Shown here one piece after another: positions 19,570-29,490 of a stretch of 64,000 nt of DNA. Every line of letters begins with the position of its first letter. The stretch's first letter is position 1. The notes below the pieces were generated by a model. It was not told the DNA's origin and searched no databases. It was given only the letters and a program-made list of their open reading frames with translations. The DNA is from an uncultured Candidatus Saccharibacteria bacterium (GTDB lineage: Bacteria > Patescibacteriota > Minisyncoccia > Phycocordibacterales > UBA12088): the NCBI GenBank assembly GCA_964409035.1, contig CAYPBQ010000001.1, forward strand, positions 111,638 through 175,637. The letters run 5' to 3'. Made by a program: the position numbers and the translations under genes.

Positions 19570-20010
19570 ATGACCATGAACCAAAAAGCACATACAGTAA
19601 AAAAAGTATTTAGTAGAGAAACAGCAGTATCTATTTTGATCAACGCTACCCCAGAAAAAATTTGGCAGATACTGGTAGATGTTGGTAATTATAAAAACTG
19701 GAATAGTACTATTCTTTCAATAGAGGGAGAGATAAAGGCTGGCGGAGAAATTAAAATCGTTCCATCAATAAACCCAAATAGAACTTTTAAGCTAAAGATA
19801 AAAGCATTTGAGCCGTATACAAAAATGGTTTCAGGAGATGCGATGGGTAGCCGAACCTTTTTACTTGAAAAAGTTGAAGGCGGAACCCTGTTTACCATGA
19901 CAGAAAAAATTGGCGGGCTGCTTTTTCCGTTATTTGCAAACATGATACCCCCGTTTGACGACGCCTTCGATGCCTATGCAAGAGATTTAAAAGTAGTCAG
20001 CGAGAAGTAG
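19570..20010 (+). CDS. SRPBCC/polyketide cyclase-like protein
   Basis: ILINATPEKIWQILVD..NYKNWN. Confidence 0.85.
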   Translation: MTMNQKAHTVKKVFSRETAVSILINATPEKIWQILVDVGNYKNWNSTILSIEGEIKAGGEIKIVPSINPNRTFKLKIKAFEPYTKMVSGDAMGSRTFLLEKVEGGTLFTMTEKIGGLLFPLFANMIPPFDDAFDAYARDLKVVSEK

Positions 20011-20044
20011 GTCTCAATTTTATAAAATAATTAACTAAAGAACT

Positions 20045-20236
20045 ATGAAGACTCTAAAATGTGATTTGTGTGAAGCAACGGCGGAAGGCGCAACATTTGA
20101 AGAATGGATGAGTGCTCTTATGCCACATTATATGCAAGCTCATGCCGATGTCATGAACGACCCAAAAATGACCAAAGAAGACCAGCAGAAGTGGATGGCT
20201 GAAAACAAAGCAAGGTTTGAAGCGGTAATATTGTAA
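20045..20236 (+). CDS. small metal-binding hypothetical protein (DUF1059-like)
   Basis: MKTLKCDLC...HYMQAH. Confidence 0.65.
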   Translation: MKTLKCDLCEATAEGATFEEWMSALMPHYMQAHADVMNDPKMTKEDQQKWMAENKARFEAVIL

Positions 20237-20333
20237 GCAAAATGTATGACAAACAACAAAACACGATCTTAATCGTGTTTTGTTGTCTCATATCCCTGAA
20301 TACACTTTGAATACCCTCTTACTTCAGAGCTTT

Positions 20334-21089
20334 TTATTTTTGTGTATCCGCAAAATGTATCATTGCGTCCTGCATAAATTGTGCGAGTCCACTAGCAACA
20401 TTCTCATAATTTGCCTTAAAGCGTTCGTCTGCAACATACATATGTGCTAAACCGCGATATATTTCAACATTTGGTTCGTAAAACGCACGAAGACCATCGT
20501 AGTGCTTAGCAATTAGCGTTTGAACTTTCGCACTTGTTGGATCGAGCCCAGCTTTCATTGTCTCTGCAATCTCTACCGTAAGCATACCTGACTCCTCCAT
20601 TACCTTTTTCAAACCGTCTTTTCCCATTTTCTTTACGCGCACTTGTGACTCCTTGAATGCCTTTGTATTGCCCCACTTCTGCCGCGCCTCTTCGGTGTAG
20701 GTATCCATCTCCTCTTTGGAGAAGTTTCCATATAATTCTTTGTCATCCATAGTAATCTCTTTGTTAATTTTTTTAATTGTTTTATCAATTGTCTTAACTA
20801 ATTTGCTCAGACGATTCTTTTTAAGCTCAATCAATTTTTTCTGATCGCGAAGCGTTTCTCTCATATCAAATGATTGGGAGGACAGAATTTGTTTTATTTC
20901 TTCAAGAGAAAAATCAAGCTCTCTAAAGAATAGAATCTGTTGGAGCTTCAGAAGCTCTCTTTCCTCATAATATCTATAACCATTATTTTCAACTCGAGAC
21001 GGCTTTAAAAGCCCCACTTTGTCATAATGGTGAAGTGTCCGGACACTTATTCCGGCAATGATTGCTAGTTTTTTTATGGTATACGACAT
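20334..21089 (-). CDS. MerR family regulator with TipAS domain (Mta/TipA-like)
   Basis: ISVRTLHHYDKVGLLKP, EEARQKWG, GLAHMYVADERF. Confidence 0.93.
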   Translation of the reverse strand: MSYTIKKLAIIAGISVRTLHHYDKVGLLKPSRVENNGYRYYEERELLKLQQILFFRELDFSLEEIKQILSSQSFDMRETLRDQKKLIELKKNRLSKLVKTIDKTIKKINKEITMDDKELYGNFSKEEMDTYTEEARQKWGNTKAFKESQVRVKKMGKDGLKKVMEESGMLTVEIAETMKAGLDPTSAKVQTLIAKHYDGLRAFYEPNVEIYRGLAHMYVADERFKANYENVASGLAQFMQDAMIHFADTQK

Positions 21090-21134
21090 ACAAATTACAA
21101 CCACCCTATTTTCGGTGTCGACCCACCATACCAC

Positions 21135-21165
21135 AGTCTAAACTATGACGTTACGTTATAGTCAA
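21135..21165 (-). promoter_or_regulatory. MerR-type promoter/operator (autoregulation)
   Basis: -35 TTGACT, 19-bp spacer, -10 TAGACT, dyad ACTATGACGT-T-ACGTTATAGT spanning the spacer. Confidence 0.85.
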
Positions 21166-21259
21166 GGTCATGATGATATGCCGTACTGAGATATGCCCAG
21201 CCGTTTATAAAGTGTGTAGTTTGCAAGCAATAGCAACAGTGAGAGTGCCGTGTGCACAT

Positions 21260-21670
21260 TTACTCGTGAGCAATTTTTTTCAATACCCCCTTTCTTTTTA
21301 CAATATTTTTATAATCCCACTGTATCTCTTTTGCCTTCTTCAACCACCTTTTTACACTTGTGATCTTAATCTCCTTAACGTCTGTATACACCACCTCTGC
21401 GGCTTTGAATTTTCCACTCGGCACTAAATCCTTTTCATCAAAACTTTGACCGCTGAAAAATAGCAAAGAAACATTCTTACCCTTTCGCACAGAGTATGCA
21501 ACAACAGGATTGCCTTCTATAAACCACACTGGGCTTCCATGCCAGATTTTTGACTCACTCTTCTTCACGTTCTTTTGTATTAACGCATCCAAAAATACAC
21601 AAATATCATTCACCTGTTTTGTGTGTAGGGTGTTGTATTCCGGTATGGTAGTGGCAGTCGTTTTTTGCAT
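21260..21670 (-). CDS. DUF1801 family protein
   Basis: KIWHGSPVWFIEGNPVVAY, LLFFSGQSF, GKFKAAE, QWDYKN. Confidence 0.85.
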   Translation of the reverse strand: MQKTTATTIPEYNTLHTKQVNDICVFLDALIQKNVKKSESKIWHGSPVWFIEGNPVVAYSVRKGKNVSLLFFSGQSFDEKDLVPSGKFKAAEVVYTDVKEIKITSVKRWLKKAKEIQWDYKNIVKRKGVLKKIAHE

Positions 21671-21682
21671 ATTGTAGCTATA

Positions 21683-22114
21683 TTACCCCTTGTGTGTTGG
21701 GTCAAAATCTATCATCCATTCAATTCCATATTTGTCACGAAGCATACCAAAGTACGTACCCCAGGGGCTCTCACTCATTGGAAATTCAACACTTCCACCC
21801 GCGGATAACCCGTTGAATAATGCATCAGCCTCTTCTCTACTTTCTACGCTAATAGCAATTTTTGATCTATGTTCATTTTCATTTGTCCTCCCCATACTCT
21901 CTGGCACGTCGTTACCCATTAAAAAGCTTTTACCAATTGGTAAAGCGATGTGCATTATTTTGTTTGCCTCATTCTCTGCCACCTGAAATTCAGCGCTTGC
22001 AAGATCTTTGAAGCGCATAATCTTTGCAAACTCTCCACCAAATACCGACTTATAAAAAGTGAAAGCCTCTTCTGCATTTCCATTAAAGTTTATATGCGGA
22101 TGTATTGTTGTCAT
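21683..22114 (-). CDS. VOC family PhnB-like protein
   Basis: INFNGNAEEAFTFYKSVFGG, WGTYFGMLRDKYGIEWM. Confidence 0.9.
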   Translation of the reverse strand: MTTIHPHINFNGNAEEAFTFYKSVFGGEFAKIMRFKDLASAEFQVAENEANKIMHIALPIGKSFLMGNDVPESMGRTNENEHRSKIAISVESREEADALFNGLSAGGSVEFPMSESPWGTYFGMLRDKYGIEWMIDFDPTHKG

Positions 22115-22206
22115 ACTTATTTTTATCGATAATAGCACTATTGTAGTATTTTTGATGCACAATTGCGATTTACCATGCTTGAAAGGATGAGAATTTTCTT
22201 AAATAC

Positions 22207-22254
22207 CTACATTGCTTGTTTATCCGTAAAGCTTGCCTCCCAGAAGGCTGTCAT
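22207..22254 (-). pseudogene. possible 5' remnant of a SAM methyltransferase gene
   Basis: MTAFWEASFTDKQAM* resembles, from recall, N-termini of the form MTEFWESSFxDKQxMWG; TAG where TGG would be expected. Confidence 0.3.
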
Positions 22255-22287
22255 TGTCTTATCTTGAATAAAAAACTATTTGACGCA

Positions 22288-23214
22288 TTATCGATCGCTC
22301 TTATTGAGGAGTGCATGCACACGTGCTTCGACAGGTGGGTGTGTCGCAAAGAGCGAGGCTATCCAGCTTCGTTTTTGCACTCCCACCTCGCCTTCATCGG
22401 TATCACCAAATGGATTTGCAATAAAGAGGTGCGCCGTGGCATGGCTTGCCCTTTGCATGGGGTGGCCACTTCCATACGCGTGGATTTTTTTAAGCGCGGA
22501 GGCAAGCCCTTCTGGATAACGTGTAAGCAGGGCGCCAGAAGCGTCTGCTAAAAACTCACGTTTGCGTGATATAGCAAGCTGAAGAAGCTGTGCCGCAATA
22601 GGAGCAAGAATTGCAGCAACAATACCAACAATAAGCAAAATGAGTCCCGCTCGCGAATCTCTGTCTCTCCCACTTCCAAACATACTCATACGCAAAAACA
22701 TATCAGAGAGTATTGCCACAAATCCAACAAGCACAACCGCCACAGTAGAGACGAGCATATCACGGTTACCAATGTGGGATAGCTCGTGTGCCGCTACCCC
22801 TTCAAGCTCACTCCTATCGAGGATAGAAAGAATACCAGTGGTAAAGGCAACAAGTGAGTGTTCAGGATTTCTACCTGTAGCAAATGCATTTGGTGCCGAA
22901 TCTTCAACAATATACACCTTTGGTTTTGGCAGACCCGCCGTTATCGCGAGATTCTCGACAATGTTGTGGAGGTCTTTGTACACAACCTCATCTGCTGGCT
23001 TTGCGCCCGTCATCGCAACAACAAGCTTGTCTGAAAACCAGTAGCTGCCCACGTTCATAACAAGGGCAATCACCACCGACACGTACAAGATAGTTTGATC
23101 GTTGAAGTAAAAGGCAAAGCCCCACCCAAGGGCAATAACTGCCATAAAAAACCCAATCATGAGAAACCAGGTCTTTCGTATATTAGAATCTTTTTGTGTA
23201 TACAGTGTTGCCAT
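22288..23214 (-). CDS. htpX: M48 family zinc metalloprotease HtpX
   Basis: PNAFATGRNP, HELSH, SRKREFLAD, THPP. Confidence 0.93.
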   Translation of the reverse strand: MATLYTQKDSNIRKTWFLMIGFFMAVIALGWGFAFYFNDQTILYVSVVIALVMNVGSYWFSDKLVVAMTGAKPADEVVYKDLHNIVENLAITAGLPKPKVYIVEDSAPNAFATGRNPEHSLVAFTTGILSILDRSELEGVAAHELSHIGNRDMLVSTVAVVLVGFVAILSDMFLRMSMFGSGRDRDSRAGLILLIVGIVAAILAPIAAQLLQLAISRKREFLADASGALLTRYPEGLASALKKIHAYGSGHPMQRASHATAHLFIANPFGDTDEGEVGVQKRSWIASLFATHPPVEARVHALLNKSDR

Positions 23215-23271
23215 ACGTCAAAAGACAGGTACTACGCACATAAAGAGACGGTACACTCTCTGTATTCTTTC

Positions 23272-23835
23272 TTAGAACTTTACCTCTACCGGCTTTCGAG
23301 CTGCTTCCTCCCCTTCTTCAAGCTCAAAGAACTCTCGCTCAGAGAAACTAAACATGTTGGCAATAATATTGTTAGGAAATACCTGCACAGAGGTATTTAG
23401 GTCACGCACATTGCCGTTATAAAACCTACGTGATGCTTGAATTTTGTTCTCTGTGTCAGACAATTCTCTTTGAAGCTCAAGGAAGTTTGTATTTGCCTTT
23501 AAATCTGGATAACTCTCCGCCACCGCAAAAAGTGACTTGAGCGTTTCTGAAAGCATATTCTCTGCCTTTCCTTTCGCTTCTATCCCCTCTGCCTTCATTG
23601 CTGATGATCGCATCTCGGTTACCTTTTGCAATGTGTCCTTTTCATGTGAGGCATACCCTTGCACCGTGCTTACCAAATTAGGGATAAGGTCATACCGACG
23701 CTTTAGTTGAACATCAATATCTGCCCACGCCTCATTTGTCCTGTTGATAAGACGAATAAATCCATTGTATGCAGCGGCAATCCATAGCCCAAGCACCACA
23801 AGCGCACCTACGAGAATATAAAAAATGGTGTCCAT
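23272..23835 (-). CDS. lemA: LemA family protein
   Basis: IDVQLKRRYDLIPNLV, AVAESYPDLKAN, RRFYN. Confidence 0.95.
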   Translation of the reverse strand: MDTIFYILVGALVVLGLWIAAAYNGFIRLINRTNEAWADIDVQLKRRYDLIPNLVSTVQGYASHEKDTLQKVTEMRSSAMKAEGIEAKGKAENMLSETLKSLFAVAESYPDLKANTNFLELQRELSDTENKIQASRRFYNGNVRDLNTSVQVFPNNIIANMFSFSEREFFELEEGEEAARKPVEVKF

Positions 23836-24047
23836 ATATATTGCTATTAGTAGTATGGGAAGTATACCAGAATTACCTACTATGGTTAATAGATAATTGA
23901 TTGGCTTGCAATCAATCCTGAGAGGGTATTGACAAAATATTATTTTCGTGTAAATTCTCCCCTGGGTCTACATTTTATCGGTCCAACATAAGGGAGGCAC
24001 GTCTCAACTCGGAAGCATTACGCAATTCTGCGTGATGAATCTGGGAT

Positions 24048-24980
24048 ATGAGCATGCCTACTTTTACTGGGACCGCTGGCAACAACTCCTCGACGCTCAA
24101 GGGACTTATCCAGTTGGATAAGTTCTATATGCTCGAGGGGAATGATCTGCTCGACCTTACCGGAGCGTGGGGTAACACCTCATTCTCCGTCTTCGGTGGA
24201 GCAGGTAACGATATCCTACGTGGGTCGTCTCGTACGACCACCATCATGGACGGTGGTACAGGCAATGACGACTTTGTAATCAACAACCAGAACAACCTCG
24301 CCGTAGAGGTGGCGAACCAGGGTTACGACACCCTGCGTATTGCCACGCCTTACGTTGAAGCGGGGGGATCGCGTTCGATCGTTATGGCCGGAAGCGGCGT
24401 CAGCGGTGGATACATTGTTGACGTTGACATCGAGGCCGTCCGTGCAGAGGTGTCTTTGGGGAAGATTGGGCCCAAAAGTCTTGGGTTCAACTTCTATGGA
24501 AACACCGGAGCGAACGTCTTTGCAGGATCGGAGGGTGGCGATACCATGCGTGGAAACGCTGGGAACGACACCCTCGAAGGAAAAGGTGGTGACGATCGCC
24601 TGCAGGGCGAACTCGGGCTCGACATCCTCGTTGGGGATGGAGGGAACGACACGCTCTTTGCAGAGAGAGCTGACGGAGACAAGCTCACCGGCGGTGCTGG
24701 TGCAGATCTCTTCGTCTTCGGAGGAAAGGGTGGAACACCGGTCACCCTTACCGATGTTGTCATGGACTATGATCGCGCCCTGGACGATATCGTCCTCCAG
24801 GGCATTGGGAGCAGCATCAAGAGTGTCTCGGGCGTCACCGCAGGTGGAACCACCCAGGTGACAGTAGTAGGTACAACTGATACCGCCATCTTCTCGATGG
24901 TGGGGTCGTACTCGACCTCAGTGCTCAATAGCATGTTGGGCGCTGGTGACATCAGGATCGACAACAATTTGTTTGTCTGA
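24048..24980 (+). CDS. RTX-type (hemolysin-type) calcium-binding repeat protein
   Basis: Multiple GGxGxDxL nonapeptides; C-terminal GGAGADLFVF..DVVMDY; higher GC than flanks. Confidence 0.85.
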   Translation: MSMPTFTGTAGNNSSTLKGLIQLDKFYMLEGNDLLDLTGAWGNTSFSVFGGAGNDILRGSSRTTTIMDGGTGNDDFVINNQNNLAVEVANQGYDTLRIATPYVEAGGSRSIVMAGSGVSGGYIVDVDIEAVRAEVSLGKIGPKSLGFNFYGNTGANVFAGSEGGDTMRGNAGNDTLEGKGGDDRLQGELGLDILVGDGGNDTLFAERADGDKLTGGAGADLFVFGGKGGTPVTLTDVVMDYDRALDDIVLQGIGSSIKSVSGVTAGGTTQVTVVGTTDTAIFSMVGSYSTSVLNSMLGAGDIRIDNNLFV

Positions 24981-25026
24981 AAAAGGAGGGTAAACCTCCA
25001 AAGTATACCTCAAGCGGTTGTACAGG

Positions 25027-25054
25027 GGGGCGGGTGCGCAAGCACCCGCCTTTT
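25027..25054 (+). terminator. intrinsic terminator after the RTX gene
   Basis: GGCGGGTGC-GCAA-GCACCCGCC-TTTT. Confidence 0.8.
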
Positions 25055-25161
25055 GACTTTTTATACTTGAACAATAGAGATTCTTGAAAATCCACAAAAA
25101 CAAATAGCAGGCACAACATGTGCCCGCTATTTGTTTCTTCTAGCTCTAGTGGATGTACTTA

Positions 25162-26814
25162 TTAATACATTCCTCCCATGTCACCTCCTTGTGGTGACTC
25201 CTTCTTTGGTTCAGGAATATCCGCAATAGCTACCTCGGTAGTAAGGAGGATAGCAGCAGCAGATGCCGCGTGGCGCACACCAGATCGGGTTACCTTAACC
25301 GGATCAAGTATTCCTCGCTCAATCATGTTTACACGCTCACCGATTTTTGCGTCAAACCCTTCTTCAAGTTTTGCATTTGCCACCCACTCTACAATCACCG
25401 CGCTATCATCTTCGTGTCCCGCATTATACGCAATACGGTTAAGTGGCGCTCTAAGCGCAGAGAGCATAATGTCATACCCTGTTTCAAACTCAACCTCATG
25501 TCGCTTTGCGCTCTTTGCATTCCCCTCCCTTTTTTTGCGAAGTATTGTTGAAACCTTAGCAAGCGCAGCTCCCCCTCCTGGCACCACACCCTCTTCTATC
25601 GCTGCCTTTGTTGCATTGACTGCATCCTCAATTTTTAGCTTCAGATACTTCATTTCGGTCTCAGTAGCTGCCCCCACGCGGATAACTGCCACTCCGCCAG
25701 AGAGCTTGCCAATGCGCTCTTGCAATTTTTCTTTATCGTACTTTGAATCGGTATTTTTAAGCTGGGCTCGTAGCTGTGATACTCGCTTATCAATATCTGT
25801 CTTCTTTCCCTTTCCTCCCACGAGTACCGTTTTGTCTTTTGTAGCAACTACCCTACTTGCCTTTCCAAGCACCTCCACTCCCACTGAGTCAAATTTCATC
25901 CCCACATCATCAGACACCACCGTTGCGCCAATAGTAACGGCGATATCAGCGAGCATTTCTTTTTTCTTGTCACCATACCCTGGCGCCTTTACACCAAGCA
26001 CATTAAATGTGCCTCGTAGCTTGTTAAGCACAAAGGTTGTAAGCGCCTCGCCATCAATATCATCGGCAACAATCACTAAATCCTTTTTACCTGTCTGCGC
26101 CAACTTCTCAAGTAGCGGTAGAACCTCCTGTATCGAAGAAATCTTTTTGTCAGTAACAAGAATTGGCACCTCCTTATACTCCGCCTCCATGCGCTCCGCA
26201 TTAGTTATCATGTAAGGCGAAATGTAGCCTTTATCAAATTCTAGTCCTTCAACCACCTCGGTTTCAATACCAAATGATTGCGACTCTTCTACGGTGACTA
26301 CACCATCTTTACCTACTGTTTGTATGGTTTCAGCTATCTTTTCTCCCAAGACTTCACTCTCAGCAGAAATAGTAGCTACGTGCTGTATTTCTTCTTTGCT
26401 CTTTACAGGGCGAGCCATCTTTTTTAGTTCTTCAAGAATGTCTTCAGTAGCTTGCTCAATACCACCCCGCACCATCATTGCATTTGCGCCAAGAGCAGTT
26501 CTTCTAAATCCTTCTGAGATTATTGCTTGAGTGAGTACTACCGCAGTGGTAGTACCATCACCTGCCGCCTCATTTGTTTTGGTAGCAACCTCCTTTACGA
26601 TTTCAGCACCCATGTTTTCAAATCTATCCGTGAGGGTAATCTCTTTTGCGATAGATACACCATCATTAATTACCGATGGGCCTCCGTATGACTTTTCAAT
26701 AGCAACATTTCTTCCCCGCGGACCAATCGTAACGCGTACCGCATTAGCAACCTTATCCACTCCTTCCTTTATTTTTCGTCGTACATCCTCATCAAAAATA
26801 ATTTGTTTTGCCAT
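25162..26814 (-). CDS. groL: chaperonin GroEL
   Basis: GPRGRNV, AGDGTTTA, GGVAVIRVGAATE, GGM tail. Confidence 0.98.
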   Translation of the reverse strand: MAKQIIFDEDVRRKIKEGVDKVANAVRVTIGPRGRNVAIEKSYGGPSVINDGVSIAKEITLTDRFENMGAEIVKEVATKTNEAAGDGTTTAVVLTQAIISEGFRRTALGANAMMVRGGIEQATEDILEELKKMARPVKSKEEIQHVATISAESEVLGEKIAETIQTVGKDGVVTVEESQSFGIETEVVEGLEFDKGYISPYMITNAERMEAEYKEVPILVTDKKISSIQEVLPLLEKLAQTGKKDLVIVADDIDGEALTTFVLNKLRGTFNVLGVKAPGYGDKKKEMLADIAVTIGATVVSDDVGMKFDSVGVEVLGKASRVVATKDKTVLVGGKGKKTDIDKRVSQLRAQLKNTDSKYDKEKLQERIGKLSGGVAVIRVGAATETEMKYLKLKIEDAVNATKAAIEEGVVPGGGAALAKVSTILRKKREGNAKSAKRHEVEFETGYDIMLSALRAPLNRIAYNAGHEDDSAVIVEWVANAKLEEGFDAKIGERVNMIERGILDPVKVTRSGVRHAASAAAILLTTEVAIADIPEPKKESPQGGDMGGMY

Positions 26815-26855
26815 AGTATATATAGAGTATTACGCCTATGGATAATGACTGGTAA

Positions 26856-27254
26856 TTAAGACCCAAGGACCGCAAGTATATTGTCCTCTCTTACTAGATA
26901 ATATTCCTTTCCATGAACCTCAACCTTTTCCCCCCATTGAAATAGAATTCTGTCTCCCTCTTTTACATCAATCGCTACACGCTCACCATTTTCATTACGC
27001 TTACCTGCACCAACTGCAATAACCACTCCTCTATCAGACTTTTCTTCTTTAGACCCAGTAGGGATGATGATACCAGAAGGTGATCGTGTACCCATTTCTT
27101 CAGGAGTAAACTCACGTACAAGCACCCTATCTCCAAGTGGCATAATTGGCGCTGATGCCGCTGCTGGTTTGCGAGGGGCAGTTTTCACAGATAATGATAC
27201 TTGCTTCTGTTTTTTTGAAGCGGTACGCGTTGCTTTCTTTGCTTTCTTTGCCAT
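26856..27254 (-). CDS. groS: co-chaperonin GroES with basic N-terminal extension
   Basis: PLGDRVLV, SGIIIP, GVVIAVGAG, REDNILAV. Confidence 0.93.
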   Translation of the reverse strand: MAKKAKKATRTASKKQKQVSLSVKTAPRKPAAASAPIMPLGDRVLVREFTPEEMGTRSPSGIIIPTGSKEEKSDRGVVIAVGAGKRNENGERVAIDVKEGDRILFQWGEKVEVHGKEYYLVREDNILAVLGS

Positions 27255-27427
27255 ATAAAGAAACTATTATCTGATAATACTTCTAATCGGAACATAGTAT
27301 ACAAGACTCTCTAAACTTGTATAGCTGCTTGCTATTGCGCCACGGATTATAACGGCATTTGTATTTCACTACCGTATTTGATATTGCTTGCTTGCCTCAT
27401 ACAAGAGCCTGTGGTAGCATGTGACAA

Positions 27428-27658
27428 ATGGAAGTTATCGAGGGCATTATGCCTTACCTACAAATAGCGCTCTCCATTCTCCTTATTCTGGCTATTCTCC
27501 TACAACAAAGGGGATCAAGCTTGGGTGGAGCATTCGGGGGAGATAATTTTTCAGCGACATTCCATACCAGGCGTGGCGCAGAAAAGGTATTGTTTCAAGC
27601 TTCAATAGTCCTTGCCTTTCTCTTTGCACTATCTGCATTTGCTGTATTCCTTTTCTAA
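27428..27658 (+). CDS. secG: preprotein translocase subunit SecG
   Basis: ILLQQRGSSLGGAFGG, TRRGAEK; 2 TM. Confidence 0.92.
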   Translation: MEVIEGIMPYLQIALSILLILAILLQQRGSSLGGAFGGDNFSATFHTRRGAEKVLFQASIVLAFLFALSAFAVFLF

Positions 27659-27720
27659 GGCTCTTCCATCGCGTTACAAATTACCACTCGGATACTATTT
27701 AGTTTCTATTATATATTTTC

Positions 27721-29451
27721 ATGACTGACGAGCATTCTACGTCTCTTGGTTCGTTTCGGTTTTCAGTAGAACGAAAACTTGCTGAGACACTTTCACAATT
27801 TTCTCCTTTCGAGCGAATACTCTTTGGGTTTCTTTCACTTACCCTTATCGTCTCTAGTTTTTTATTACTTGAAAAAGTGAGCGCTGCATTTAGTGAGGTA
27901 GTACCAGCTACAGGCGGATCATACGCAGAGGGTATCATCGGCTCTCCACGATTCATCAACCCACTTCTTGCAATCTCAGATGCAGACAGAGATATAGGAG
28001 CACTTATCTATAGTGGCCTCATGCGCCCAGGGGAAAAGGAGGGATTGGTCACCGACCTAGCAGAGTCATATACAATATCTGAAGATGGAAAGACATACTC
28101 ATTTATACTACGGGGTGATGCGGTATTTCATGACGGAAAGCCAGTCACCGTGGAAGATGTCATTTATACGGTAGAACGAGCACAAGACCCTGGACTTAAA
28201 AGTCCCATGAGAGCGTCATGGGAAGGTATTGCCGTAGAACGAGGAGCGCAGCAAAACGAAGTTATTTTTACCCTTACGCAACCATTTGCGCCATTCCTTG
28301 AAAATCTCACCATTGGTATTCTCCCTAAGCATATTTGGAAAAGCTCTGACAATGAAGAGTTTCCATTCAGTAAATTTAATACCGAACCTATTGGCTCTGG
28401 CGCGTATAAAGTGTCTTCAATTCTACGAGACCAAACGGGTGTACCCACCTCATATACACTCACCGCAGTTAACGACCACTACCTAAAGCCTAATATCAAA
28501 ACCATCACTCTCAAGTTTTACTCTGGAGAAGACGAGCTCATAACTGCGCTTAATCGAAGAGAAATTGATGCCGTAAGTGGTATACGACCAACATCGTTGT
28601 TCTCTATTACTCGCAAAGACCTTTCTATCATTACCACCCCACTCCCAAGAGTCTTTGGATTGTTTTTTAACCAAAATAAAAACAGTATCTTTGCAGACAA
28701 GGCATTGCGTGAATCTCTTGATATTGCTATTGATAAAGAGCGCCTTATTACTGACGCATTACTTGGTTATGGTACCGTCATTGATTCACCATTCCCTCCT
28801 ACGGTAGTATCTTCAACCCACACTCGTAACGAGGGTGCAATTGATGAAGCGCTCGCATTACTCGCATCACGTGGGTGGGTAAAAAATCCTGAAACAGGTG
28901 TTCTTGAGAAAGGATCGAAAGAAAAAACCCCTCTCAGTATCAGTATTGCCACCGCAAATGTGCCTGAGCTAAAGACGGCAGCTGAATCTGTTGCCGAGGA
29001 TTGGCGAGCACTCGGTATTGATGTCCAAATAAAGATATTTGAACCAAGCGACCTCACACTTAATGTAATTCGCCCACGCGATTATGAGGTACTCTTGTTT
29101 GGAGAAGTGGTAGGGAGAGGACTTGATTTGTTTGCATTCTGGCATTCTTCACAAAGAAATGATCCTGGACTCAACATTGCTGGATATGCAAGCATCACCG
29201 CAGACGCACTACTTGAAAAGGCTCGCAAAACAAGTGATGTAGGCGAACGCAACGAGCTCTTCAGCGCATTCAGAGAAGAAGTAGCAAAAGAAAAGCCAGC
29301 AATATTCCTTTACTCTCCGAATTTTTTGTATGTTCTTAAAGATGACATTTCTGGTATCACCATTTCAAATATCGAAACAGGCTCTGACCGATTTGATTTT
29401 GCGCATGAGTGGTTTATAGAAACTGAGAGAGTGTGGAGTTTCCTCCTATAA
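27721..29451 (+). CDS. ABC transporter substrate-binding protein, family 5 (peptide/nickel)
   Basis: LIYSGL, DLAESY.ISEDGKTY.F.LR...FHDG, PIGSGAY. Confidence 0.9.
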   Translation: MTDEHSTSLGSFRFSVERKLAETLSQFSPFERILFGFLSLTLIVSSFLLLEKVSAAFSEVVPATGGSYAEGIIGSPRFINPLLAISDADRDIGALIYSGLMRPGEKEGLVTDLAESYTISEDGKTYSFILRGDAVFHDGKPVTVEDVIYTVERAQDPGLKSPMRASWEGIAVERGAQQNEVIFTLTQPFAPFLENLTIGILPKHIWKSSDNEEFPFSKFNTEPIGSGAYKVSSILRDQTGVPTSYTLTAVNDHYLKPNIKTITLKFYSGEDELITALNRREIDAVSGIRPTSLFSITRKDLSIITTPLPRVFGLFFNQNKNSIFADKALRESLDIAIDKERLITDALLGYGTVIDSPFPPTVVSSTHTRNEGAIDEALALLASRGWVKNPETGVLEKGSKEKTPLSISIATANVPELKTAAESVAEDWRALGIDVQIKIFEPSDLTLNVIRPRDYEVLLFGEVVGRGLDLFAFWHSSQRNDPGLNIAGYASITADALLEKARKTSDVGERNELFSAFREEVAKEKPAIFLYSPNFLYVLKDDISGITISNIETGSDRFDFAHEWFIETERVWSFLL

Positions 29452-29490
29452 AATTAATTATTACTTTGAAATACTGACGCAGCACACTAT

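Noticed and set aside
25178-26845. Long plus-strand ORFs opposite groEL (and similar ones opposite lepA, valS, aas)
   Set aside because: Antisense shadows of well-supported genes with Ser/Thr/Pro-biased, non-protein-like composition.
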